A DNA stretch of 18,073 nt from Candidatus Cryosericum sp. (lineage in GTDB: Bacteria > Caldisericota > Caldisericia > Cryosericales > Cryosericaceae): NCBI GenBank assembly GCA_049699855.1, contig JBNAWM010000018.1, positions 1 through 18,073 on the forward strand, given 5' to 3'. Numbering within the stretch: position 1 is the first letter of the stretch; the number at the start of each line of letters is the position of its first letter. Positions 1 through 7,681 of this stretch are shown here, in pieces. A program made the translations under genes and the position numbers. The notes under the pieces are model-generated. The model saw only the letters and a list, made by a program, of their open reading frames with translations, did no database searches and had not been told where the DNA came from.

Positions 1-2
1 CA

Positions 3-230
3 TACCTGGCATCGCTCAGCCATCAGGGCGAGATCAGCCTGCTGATTGGCGAAGAGAACAAGCAGGAGGAACTGCGCAGTTTCAGCCTCGTGTCAGTGTG
101 CTACTCGCTGAAGTCCAACCAGCGCGGCATTCTCGGGGTTGTCGGGCCCATCCGCATGAACTACGTCCGTGCCATCACGGTGTTGGAGAGTTTTGCGGGA
201 TACCTGGGCCGAGTGTCGAGCGCTACGTGA
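3..230 (+). CDS. hrcA: Heat-inducible transcription repressor HrcA, C-terminal fragment (5' part outside the window)
   Basis: Not in the ORF track. Frame 3 translated by hand: YLASLSHQGEISLLIGEENKQEELRSFSLVSVCYSLKSNQRGILGVVGPIRMNYVRAITVLESFAGYLGRVSSAT*. It contains the HrcA C-terminal hallmarks IGxEN and GxLGV(I/V)GPxRMxY. TGA at 228-230. Confidence 0.92.
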   Translation, partial: YLASLSHQGEISLLIGEENKQEELRSFSLVSVCYSLKSNQRGILGVVGPIRMNYVRAITVLESFAGYLGRVSSAT

Positions 231-233
231 TCC

Positions 234-959
234 GTGCCTGCATTTGAGGCGGGTCGATCGCTCACTGGCGGTGAGCATGTCGTTCTAAGCGGAACGGCGG
301 CTGCACACCACGTTGCAGATGTTCTGCGGGCTCGCGCTGGTGACCGTATCACTCTGTTTCACGCGGGCGAGCTGTACGATGGGCTCATCGAACGGGTTGC
401 CAGGGCAGAGGTCTCGGTGTTCATCGAGGCTGCTCGTCCCTCCCCATTCTATCAGCGCCCCCTGACGTTGCTGCAGGCAGTCATTCGGCCGGCGCTGCTT
501 GATGATGTGATTCGACTTTGCTCTCCGCTGGGAGTGCAGCGTTTCGTCTTGTTCCCTGCAATGCGGAGCCAGCCATGGAAGATCAGTTCGCGGCTCGAGC
601 GGCTGGAGGAGCTGGCAGGTTCGTCAGCTGAGCAGGCGGAGACAGGCGAGGTACCGGGCGTCGAGCTCACGAACGGGCTCGGGTCTGCTCTGGCGAGAGT
701 GGACAGCCTCGGTACCCTCATTGCACTCTCACCGCGCGCTGAAAGGACACTGACTGGCCTGGCGCAGCAGGGCAGTTCGCTGTTCAACGGTTCTGTTGGA
801 ATCGCTGTTGGCCCGGAAGGCGGTTTTACCGACTCGGAGGCGGCTATGCTGACGGAGCGCGGTGCCCTGTCGGCCCGCCTTGCCACGGGGATCCTTCGCA
901 GCGAACTGGCGGGTTTCGCGGGGGCTTTGCTGGTGCGCGAGATACAGGCGGCGCCGTGA
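234..959 (+). CDS. rsmE: 16S rRNA m3U1498 methyltransferase RsmE (SPOUT family)
   Basis: HHVADVLR near the N-terminus, SAEQ, and C-terminal VGPEGGF and GILRSELA motifs. GTG start 3 nt after the hrcA stop; directly upstream of mtaB as in the usual rsmE-mtaB pair. Confidence 0.93.
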   Translation: MPAFEAGRSLTGGEHVVLSGTAAAHHVADVLRARAGDRITLFHAGELYDGLIERVARAEVSVFIEAARPSPFYQRPLTLLQAVIRPALLDDVIRLCSPLGVQRFVLFPAMRSQPWKISSRLERLEELAGSSAEQAETGEVPGVELTNGLGSALARVDSLGTLIALSPRAERTLTGLAQQGSSLFNGSVGIAVGPEGGFTDSEAAMLTERGALSARLATGILRSELAGFAGALLVREIQAAP

Positions 960-2254
960 GGGTTTTCATCTACACGCTTGGCTGCAAAGTCAACGAAGTC
1001 GACTCGGAGCTGTATGCACAGGAGATCCGTGCCCTGGGAGGAACGGTTGTTGCTGACCTCGCTGATGCCGATGCCATCATCGTCAATTCCTGCAGTGTCA
1101 CCAATCGGGCACAGGCGCAAAGCCTGCAATTTGCGCGGCGTGCAGTGCGTGAGAAACCTGGCGCGCGCGTCTTTCTGACGGGATGCGGAGCTTCGTTGCT
1201 GCGCCTGACCCATGCCGAGGCTCCCGCCGGTGTCACCGCCGTCGGCATGCTGGACCGTTCCAGGCTTGCAAAGCTGGTCACTGGCCTTGCCGAACCGGAA
1301 CAAGACGAGGCGCCATGGATCGAGAAGACGCTTCGCAGGGCCGGTCCCCGCAATCGGGTCGACGTTCGCATTCAGGAGGGCTGTGACAACCTGTGCACCT
1401 ACTGTGTCATTCCCTATGTGCGCGGGAGTCGTCTGCTGTCGAAGCCGGCGCCCGTTGCGGTGAGCGAGGTCGTGAACCTGGCAGCAACCGGTGTCAAGGA
1501 GATTGTCCTGACTGGCACCGAGATCGGGAAGTACGGTGACGGGCAGAGCAGTCTCTCGTCGTTGCTCGAGGGCATGCTGGAGGCGCTTGAGACGGCGGGC
1601 CTGTCCACGCGCCTGCGTATCAGCTCACTGAACCCGGACGCGATCACCGACGCACTGGTCCGCCTGTTCGGAGAGCATCCTGCCCTCTGTCCACAACTGC
1701 ATCTTCCACTGCAAAGCGGCAGTGACGCAGTCCTGGGGCGCATGCGGCGGCCGTACGCCGTAGAAGATGTGCTGACCAGTGTCGGGCGGTTGAGGTCGTT
1801 CGACCCCCTGTTTGCCTTGACGACCGATGTGATTGTCGGGTTTCCCGGCGAGACCGACCAAGACGTCCAGGCCACCATGGATGTCGTCGAGGCGGCTGCG
1901 TTTGCCAAGGTGCATGTCTTTCGCTTCTCGGCGCGCCCATTCACTCCGGCTGCGCAGGAGCGGGGCCAGATTCCTGCAGCTGTTGCCAGAGAGAGGCTTC
2001 ACCGTGTATTGGGGCTTTCGGAGCAGGTGGGCATGAACTTTGCACGCCAGTTCCTGGGCAAAGATGTCACAATTGTTTCCGAACAGGCCGCCTCCGGAGT
2101 GGTAAGGGGCTACTCTGAGTACTATCTCTGGACCGAGGGGCTTGCCGGTTCCAACGCCTTGCCCCAGCGTGACAGCTTCGTTCGGGTGAAGATCGATGGC
2201 TGTCGCTTCGACGGCGAGCGCGTCGTTCTGCAGGGGAACATCAGCCGCGACTGA
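956..2254 (+). CDS. mtaB: tRNA t6A37 methylthiotransferase MtaB (MiaB-like radical SAM)
   Basis: UPF0004 cysteines in TLGCKVN, NSCSVT and TGC; radical SAM motif IQEGCDNLCTYCVIPYVRG; HLPLQSGSD, DVIVGFPGET, HVFRFSARPFT. GTGA overlap with the rsmE stop. Confidence 0.9.
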   Translation: MRVFIYTLGCKVNEVDSELYAQEIRALGGTVVADLADADAIIVNSCSVTNRAQAQSLQFARRAVREKPGARVFLTGCGASLLRLTHAEAPAGVTAVGMLDRSRLAKLVTGLAEPEQDEAPWIEKTLRRAGPRNRVDVRIQEGCDNLCTYCVIPYVRGSRLLSKPAPVAVSEVVNLAATGVKEIVLTGTEIGKYGDGQSSLSSLLEGMLEALETAGLSTRLRISSLNPDAITDALVRLFGEHPALCPQLHLPLQSGSDAVLGRMRRPYAVEDVLTSVGRLRSFDPLFALTTDVIVGFPGETDQDVQATMDVVEAAAFAKVHVFRFSARPFTPAAQERGQIPAAVARERLHRVLGLSEQVGMNFARQFLGKDVTIVSEQAASGVVRGYSEYYLWTEGLAGSNALPQRDSFVRVKIDGCRFDGERVVLQGNISRD

Positions 2255-2290
2255 GCGGCTCCCTGGACGCGCCAGGCCCGTTCACCAGTT

Positions 2291-2791
2291 CTAGAAGGGA
2301 GCGAACTGATTCTCTGCCCAGATGCGCTCCTTGAGGAGATCGTACGCCTTCTCGAGCAGGTGCAGATGAAGCTTCTCCCACTCCTCGAGCTGGCTGTACA
2401 TGGATGCCTCGTCGGGCTGGGTTGCGTGCTCGGCGGCTGCATGGTAAAACTCCCACGAATTACGCTCGAGCAGCATGCCCGTATGGATGGCCGAGGCTTC
2501 GTGCTGTGAGAGGTCCTTTGAGCTGCGCACAGCGTCAGCCAGCACCTCGTCATGCGTCGTCTCCCTCAAGGCGGAAAGACCTGAAATGTCCATGGGAGTG
2601 CCTGCCTCCACCCGCTTCAGTTCCTCCTTGATGAACTCCTGGTGCTTTTCCTCCTGTTCCATGAGATAGACAAAGACATCGCGCACTGCACCTTTCGGCA
2701 GAGTGCTTGTGACATCGCGATAAAACAGCCAGCCTTCCACCTCGAGTTGAAGAGCATCCTTCAGAAGCTTGATCATTCCTTCAGTACTCAT
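2291..2791 (-). CDS. Rubrerythrin/ferritin-like di-iron four-helix-bundle protein (166 aa, no rubredoxin domain)
   Basis: Two repeats of the E...FY...ExxH pattern (LEVEGWLFY...EEKH and LERNSWEFY...EKLH). Start moved to ATG at 2791 (MSTEG...), which follows a strong SD AGGAGGT (complement of 2797-2803). Confidence 0.85.
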   Translation of the reverse strand: MSTEGMIKLLKDALQLEVEGWLFYRDVTSTLPKGAVRDVFVYLMEQEEKHQEFIKEELKRVEAGTPMDISGLSALRETTHDEVLADAVRSSKDLSQHEASAIHTGMLLERNSWEFYHAAAEHATQPDEASMYSQLEEWEKLHLHLLEKAYDLLKERIWAENQFAPF

Positions 2792-2807
2792 CCGCCACCT
2801 CCTGTGG

Positions 2808-5096
2808 TCATTCGAGTTCCTCAAGCAGCAGCCCGAGCAGTACCCGGGCGCCATTCTTGTCCAGCGGCTTGTTGTTGTTGCCGCATTTTGGCGAATACAC
2901 GCAGCTCGGACAGCCGTCCTTGCAAGGACAGTCCGTCACGCGCCCCAGCGCAAGGCGCACAATAGCGGCAAAGCGAGCGTAGGCGGCCTCTGTGAGGCCA
3001 ACACCTCCTATATGACCATCATAGACGAAAATACTGGGTTTCAAGGTATCTCGATGCAGAATGGTGGAGATGCCGCCCAGGTCGCGCCGGTCACACAGCA
3101 CCACAACTGGCATGAGGGCAATCAGGAGGTGCTCAGCCGCGTGCAGACTGCCCGCTATGTCGTACCCTCCGTCTTTCAGTTTCTCCAGGATCTCATCGGG
3201 CACCGTGACCCATAGCGCCATGGTGTCATAGCTGATTTCTGGCGAGTCGATGTATTCTCTGCCGATCTCTGTCTCCACATGAAAACTCTTCTTGATGAAT
3301 CCGACGGTCTGTTCGGATACGACAACCTTGCCGAAGGACAGGCCCACCGTGCCGAAGTCTCGATGATTCAGCTCGGACTGCACAGTCACATCACTGCGGA
3401 TGAGGGCATCCGTGTAGTAGTTCTGTGCTGTCGGCAGGGCATGGACGACTTGCTGTTCGTGATCGTTGTCTAAAACGAGATAGGAGTCTCCCTGATGAAG
3501 GAAAACCGCTCCTGGATAGAACTCCTCGATGACCTTGTAGGCATCGGCCTCTTCGAGTACCTGCCCGTCGCCTTGGTTGACGACGTGATAACGTTTGTCG
3601 GAGAGCGTGCGAAGGCTGACGAATCGGTGCGGATACGTCTCGGTTGAAACGATCAGTGAGCCGCGTGGCCGCAGTTTTCGCTCACTTTCCAGCTGTTCGA
3701 CGATGGGCGCGTAGCCTGGGCCGAAGTACTCGCTGTCCACCGTACGCAGGGGAAGCTCGTAGGCAGCACATCGCAAGTGGGAGGTGAGAATATGCTCGTT
3801 GTTGGGATTGATCGTGGGTGTGCCGAAGTGCCCGGACGTCAGGAACTCCGGTGTCTGAACAACATATTGATCCAATGGATTCGAGGAGGCGACGTAGATC
3901 GACAGTGAGTGGTCGCGCTCTCTGCCTGCACGGCCCATCTGCTGGAACAGGCTGGTCACAGAACCCGGATAGCCAGCGGTGATCGAGACGTCGAGGTGTC
4001 CGATGTCGATGCCCAACTCCAGCGCGTTCGTGGCGATGACTCCGGTCAGCTCGCCCGAGGAGAGACGATGCTCGATGTCTCGCCTCACAGCCGGGAGGTA
4101 GCCCGCTCGGTAGGTCGCGACGCGCTCTCCAAGACGCTGACCCTTGCCGGTCCCCGCATCTCTGACATATTTGTACAGCAGTTCGGCCTCTTGTCGGGAC
4201 TTGGTGAAGACAATCGTCCGCACATCTTCCTGCACGGCATGCTGAAACAGCCACAGGGTTTCCTTCATCACGCTCTTGCGGATGTTGTTCTCCTTGTCAA
4301 CCAGTTTGGGATTGAACAGGAGCAGGGTGCGTCTGCCTTCGGGAGCACCCGAAGGGTCGACCTGTCCTACAAGTTCGCCAGTGAGCTCCGATGCAAACTG
4401 CCCAGGTTCGTCAATCGTGGCTGAGGTCACGACGAAGGTTGGATGGGCTCCGTAGAAATTGGCGATACGTCGGAGTCGGCGCAGCAGAAGAGCCATGTGC
4501 GACCCGAGAACGCCATGGTAGTAGTGGCCTTCGTCGACGACGATGAATGCAAGGCCGCGCATGAATCGCGACCAGCTCTCATGATAGGGCAGGATGCTGA
4601 AATGAAGGCTATCTGGATTTGAGAGGAGAAGCCGACCGTACTTGCGGAGCTGCTGCCGTGCGCCCGGGTCCGTATCTCCGTCATAAACGGCCGTGTTGAT
4701 GCGTTCCATGGAACGCCGAAACTCTCTCAGCTTCACCAGCTGATCTTCGATGAGAGCCTTGGTTGGGTAGAGAAAGAGCGCTGTTGCTCCGGGATGGCGA
4801 AGGAGATGGTCCAGGACCGGCAGCTGAAAGGCGAGGCTCTTGCCGCTCGCCGTGGGGCTTACGACGGTCACATTGTAGCCATCTCGGGCCCGCTCGAAAC
4901 AAGCTCGCTGGAACGCGTAGAGGTCGTGAATACCCTTTCGCTCAACATCCGCCGCAAGATCAGCGTCGAGTGAGGGGGGCAGTGGCGCAAAGGTCGCCTC
5001 GCGGGCTTCAAAGTCCAGCCGGCTGACAATCTGGCCGTCATACTCCTGCGAACTGGTCAGCTCCCGGAGGAGAAACTGCAATTCGTGTTCTGTCAT
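2808..5096 (-). CDS. Hrq1/YprA(MrfA)/SftH-type DEAH-box helicase with C-terminal Zn-binding DUF1998 domain
   Basis: LYAFQ (Q motif), SPTASGKS (Walker A), YPTKAL, VVDEGH, SAT, YRAGY, TNALELGIDIG, QMGRAGR; C-terminal HAAEH, YDGHIGGVG and CPCKDGCPSCVYSPKCGNNN. Start taken as ATG at 5096 (MTEHE...). Confidence 0.92.
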   Translation of the reverse strand: MTEHELQFLLRELTSSQEYDGQIVSRLDFEAREATFAPLPPSLDADLAADVERKGIHDLYAFQRACFERARDGYNVTVVSPTASGKSLAFQLPVLDHLLRHPGATALFLYPTKALIEDQLVKLREFRRSMERINTAVYDGDTDPGARQQLRKYGRLLLSNPDSLHFSILPYHESWSRFMRGLAFIVVDEGHYYHGVLGSHMALLLRRLRRIANFYGAHPTFVVTSATIDEPGQFASELTGELVGQVDPSGAPEGRRTLLLFNPKLVDKENNIRKSVMKETLWLFQHAVQEDVRTIVFTKSRQEAELLYKYVRDAGTGKGQRLGERVATYRAGYLPAVRRDIEHRLSSGELTGVIATNALELGIDIGHLDVSITAGYPGSVTSLFQQMGRAGRERDHSLSIYVASSNPLDQYVVQTPEFLTSGHFGTPTINPNNEHILTSHLRCAAYELPLRTVDSEYFGPGYAPIVEQLESERKLRPRGSLIVSTETYPHRFVSLRTLSDKRYHVVNQGDGQVLEEADAYKVIEEFYPGAVFLHQGDSYLVLDNDHEQQVVHALPTAQNYYTDALIRSDVTVQSELNHRDFGTVGLSFGKVVVSEQTVGFIKKSFHVETEIGREYIDSPEISYDTMALWVTVPDEILEKLKDGGYDIAGSLHAAEHLLIALMPVVVLCDRRDLGGISTILHRDTLKPSIFVYDGHIGGVGLTEAAYARFAAIVRLALGRVTDCPCKDGCPSCVYSPKCGNNNKPLDKNGARVLLGLLLEELE

Positions 5097-5126
5097 GGCA
5101 TCAGTGTAGCGGCATTGCCGAAAGCG

Positions 5127-5155
5127 AAAAGGCGCACGCACAGGGCGTACGCCTT
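5127..5155 (-). terminator. Intrinsic terminator after the 95-aa gene
   Basis: Minus-strand RNA AAGGCGUACGC-CCUGU-GCGUGCGCCUU followed by UUCGCUUU. The 11-bp stem includes a U-G wobble that pairs only on the minus strand. Confidence 0.7.
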
Positions 5156-5189
5156 CGATGGCTTGTGATACGGGAACAGCCTGGAGGGA

Positions 5190-5477
5190 TCAGCTTTCGC
5201 CAAGCTTCTTGAGTTCCTCCTGCTTGGCTGCTATCTGAGCCTCGAAATCATCAACGGCCGTCTTGACGGTAGCAAACGCGCTGGTGATCTCCTCAAGGGT
5301 CTTGCCTCCCTCGAGCATAGCATACACATTGACGCCGAACTCTTGCTTGGCATCCTTAATCTTGCCCTGCAGGCCCGAGATGTCCATTTTCAGCTTGGTG
5401 CTCGCTGCCAAGTCCTTTGCTCCGTCTGCGACCTTGCCTGCTGCATTCTTGAGCTTGTCCATGAAACTGTCTGCCAT
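5190..5477 (-). CDS. Hypothetical 95-aa Lys/Ala-rich helical (coiled-coil) protein
   Basis: MADSFMDKLKNAAGKVADGAKDLAAS... ATG at 5477 preceded by SD AGAGGAGGA; followed by a terminator; amphipathic/heptad pattern. Confidence 0.8.
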   Translation of the reverse strand: MADSFMDKLKNAAGKVADGAKDLAASTKLKMDISGLQGKIKDAKQEFGVNVYAMLEGGKTLEEITSAFATVKTAVDDFEAQIAAKQEELKKLGES

Positions 5478-5603
5478 GGTTCCTCCTCTGAAGTGGCGCA
5501 TGCCTGGTGCGCTGCGCTTGTCACTTTGATGCAGTTGAGTGCGACCAGTGCTGTCGATGAACCGACCCCGTGCGGCAACGATGACCACCGCACACAACGG
5601 TAC

Positions 5604-5939
5604 CTACATCTGTGTTTTGAGCAGATTCGCCGCCTTGCGAAGCTCAATGCGAAGCCGGCCAAGGTTGACCTCGGCGTCTGTAAGAACGACCAGGAACGCG
5701 TCGGGCAGGTCGATCATGAACGCCTTGCCCTTCTCGCTTTCCAGCGTAATCATGTTGATAGTTCCAATGGACATGATGCCAGACGTCGTCGCCGCACTCT
5801 GAAAAACACTGGCAGCCATGCCGGCGACCGCCTCGTCATCCTGGTCAAGACCGCTCGCAATGATCAGGCCGTCCTTGCTCACAATGGCACTCCCCATCAC
5901 GCCTATTTCCTTGTTCAGGTTCCGCAAGACTTCGTCCAT
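5604..5939 (-). CDS. Roadblock/LC7 domain protein (MglB-like)
   Basis: 111 aa with GVMGSAIVSKDGLIIAS and LVVLTDAEVNLGRLRIEL, typical of roadblock/LC7. SD GAGGAGG (complement of 5944-5950). Confidence 0.88.
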   Translation of the reverse strand: MDEVLRNLNKEIGVMGSAIVSKDGLIIASGLDQDDEAVAGMAASVFQSAATTSGIMSIGTINMITLESEKGKAFMIDLPDAFLVVLTDAEVNLGRLRIELRKAANLLKTQM

Positions 5940-6004
5940 GGTGCCTCCTCGATGCCCCTTTGTGCCTGCGTGTCAGCGTGCGGGGCTGCACGCATCCTAT
6001 GTGT

Positions 6005-6032
6005 ATTGTAGGGGTGATGAGAAACAAGTCAA
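6005..6032 (-). promoter_or_regulatory. Putative sigma70-type promoter of the roadblock gene
   Basis: Minus strand TTGACT (6032-6027), 16-nt spacer, TACAAT (6010-6005). Confidence 0.6.
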
Positions 6033-6117
6033 CGGTACCGCTGCTGCGTCTCCCTTGGACGGATGCAAGATCTGGTGCTCTGCTGCAGATTGCTTTTCCT
6101 GCGTCACAGCTTCGCGC

Positions 6118-6146
6118 TTGCCAGCGGCAGTATTTTCTGGTACAAT
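6118..6146 (+). promoter_or_regulatory. sigma70-type promoter of the rpsB-tsf operon (extended -10)
   Basis: TTGCCA (6118-6123), 17-nt spacer, TG-G-TACAAT (-10 at 6141-6146), immediately upstream of the rpsB leader. Confidence 0.8.
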
Positions 6147-6160
6147 TGCAACGCATGATT

Positions 6161-6231
6161 CCACACGCCCGGGATTTCAGAGTGTTCCGCAATGCGGTTC
6201 TTTGAAAGGTGAACGGGCGGAGGCAAAAAAC
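6161..6231 (+). ncRNA. rpsB 5' leader (ribosomal protein S2 autoregulatory element, t44-like)
   Basis: CACACGCCCG...CGGGCGGAGGC outer stem matches the CACAC...GGAGGC framing of rpsB leaders. Inner helices UUUCAGAG/CUUUGAAA and CCGCA-A-UGCGG. Lies between the promoter and the SD AGGAGGT (6236-6242). Confidence 0.75.
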
Positions 6232-6248
6232 TAACAGGAGGTAGTATT

Positions 6249-7049
6249 GTGGCAGTCGTAACCATGAAGTCCCTGCTTGAGGCAGGCGTGCATTTTGGTC
6301 ATCAGGTCCGCAGGTGGGATCCGCGCATGAAGCGGTACATCTTCACCCAGCGCAACGGCATTCACATCTTTGATCTTAAGCAGACGGTTTCCAAGCTTGA
6401 TGAAGCGTATGCATTCCTGTCCAAGGTTTCCCGCGAAGGGGGCAATGTCATCTTTGTTGGTACCAAGAAGGCCGCACAGGACATTGTTCGTGAAGAAGCG
6501 ACGCGCGCTGGCGCGTGGTATGTCAACGAGCGGTGGGTGGGTGGTCTCATGACCAACTATGCCACGGTGCGCAAGAGCATTGATCGGCTGAAACAGATCG
6601 ACCGCGAAGAGGCTGACGGCGTTCTGGACACCATGCCGATCAAGGAACGTACGAGGACGCTGAAGTCCAAGGCGCGGCTGAGCAAGCTGTTTGGTGGCCT
6701 GCGCACGATGGATGGCCTTCCCCGTGCCATCTATGTCATTGATACCCACAAGGAACACAGCGCCATTCAGGAAGCCCACGCTCTGGGCATCCCCGTGGTC
6801 GCCATTGTTGATACGAACTGCAATCCCGATGAGATCGATTACAAGATTCCAGCCAATGATGATGCAATACGGTCGCTTCGTCTCATCACGTCGCTCATGG
6901 CGAATGCCCTCATTGAGGGGCGCGAAGGAGTCCAGCAGTCGGAAGCGACCGAGGAGCACACAAGCATGGCGGATTTTGCCCATGAGGCCGAGAGTGACAC
7001 CGTTGTCGAACTTGACGATGTCCTGGATGATGAAAACGAGGTGAAATAA
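6249..7049 (+). CDS. rpsB: 30S ribosomal protein S2
   Basis: LLEAGVHFGHQVRRWDPRM, FVGTKK, ERWVGGLMTN, VDTNCNPD, IPANDDAIRS; GTG start with strong SD; acidic C-terminal tail. Confidence 0.99.
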   Translation: MAVVTMKSLLEAGVHFGHQVRRWDPRMKRYIFTQRNGIHIFDLKQTVSKLDEAYAFLSKVSREGGNVIFVGTKKAAQDIVREEATRAGAWYVNERWVGGLMTNYATVRKSIDRLKQIDREEADGVLDTMPIKERTRTLKSKARLSKLFGGLRTMDGLPRAIYVIDTHKEHSAIQEAHALGIPVVAIVDTNCNPDEIDYKIPANDDAIRSLRLITSLMANALIEGREGVQQSEATEEHTSMADFAHEAESDTVVELDDVLDDENEVK

Positions 7050-7660
7050 TGGCAACAGTTGATATGGAAACCGTCAAGGCGCTCCGCGAACGTACGGGAG
7101 CCGGCGTCCTTGACTGCAAGAAGGCATTGGAAGCCAGCGCAGGGGATCTGGAGAAGGCAATTGACATTCTTCGCGAGAAAGGGTTGGCGAAGGCAGTCTC
7201 CAAGTCATCGCGCGAGGCTGGCGACGGCATGGTTTTTACCTATATCCATGCGGGCGGCAAACTGGGCATCCTGGTGGAATTGAACTGCGAGACGGATTTC
7301 GTCGCAAAGACCGAGGACTTTCAAGGCCTGGGCAAGGAGATCGCCATTCAGATTGCTGCGACCGACCCCTCCTACATTCGTCAGGAAGATGTTCCGGCTG
7401 AGGTCATCGAGCATGAGAAGACGCTCTATCGTGCCCAGCTGGAGGCTGAAAAGAAACCCGAGCAGGTCTGGGACAAGATTATTGAGGGCAAGTTGGCAGC
7501 GTACTACAAAGAGAACTGCTTGATGCAGCAGGCATACATCCGCGATGAGAGCAAGACAGTCGAGGAACTGGTCAAGGCGATGATCGCCAAGACGGGCGAG
7601 AATATCGTCATTGCACGGTTCGCGCGCTTCAAGATTGGCGGCAAGCCAACGATCTGCTAG
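7049..7660 (+). CDS. tsf: Elongation factor Ts (short form, 203 aa)
   Basis: VKALRERTGAGVLDCKKAL, ELNCETDFVA, GENIVIARFARF; TAATG overlap with rpsB. Confidence 0.98.
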   Translation: MATVDMETVKALRERTGAGVLDCKKALEASAGDLEKAIDILREKGLAKAVSKSSREAGDGMVFTYIHAGGKLGILVELNCETDFVAKTEDFQGLGKEIAIQIAATDPSYIRQEDVPAEVIEHEKTLYRAQLEAEKKPEQVWDKIIEGKLAAYYKENCLMQQAYIRDESKTVEELVKAMIAKTGENIVIARFARFKIGGKPTIC

Positions 7661-7681
7661 TTTCCACATAATGTGACACCC

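Noticed and set aside
2792..2854. Cys-rich N-terminal extension (MAPGYCSGCC...) of the ferritin-like ORF as a metal-binding domain
   Set aside because: It overlaps the helicase 3' end in another frame, and the strong SD points to ATG 2791 as the start.
2808..5096. DUF1998 helicase as part of an anti-phage system (DISARM, Druantia or similar)
   Set aside because: It is a single-chain Hrq1/YprA-type protein among housekeeping genes, with no methylase, nuclease or other defence partners.
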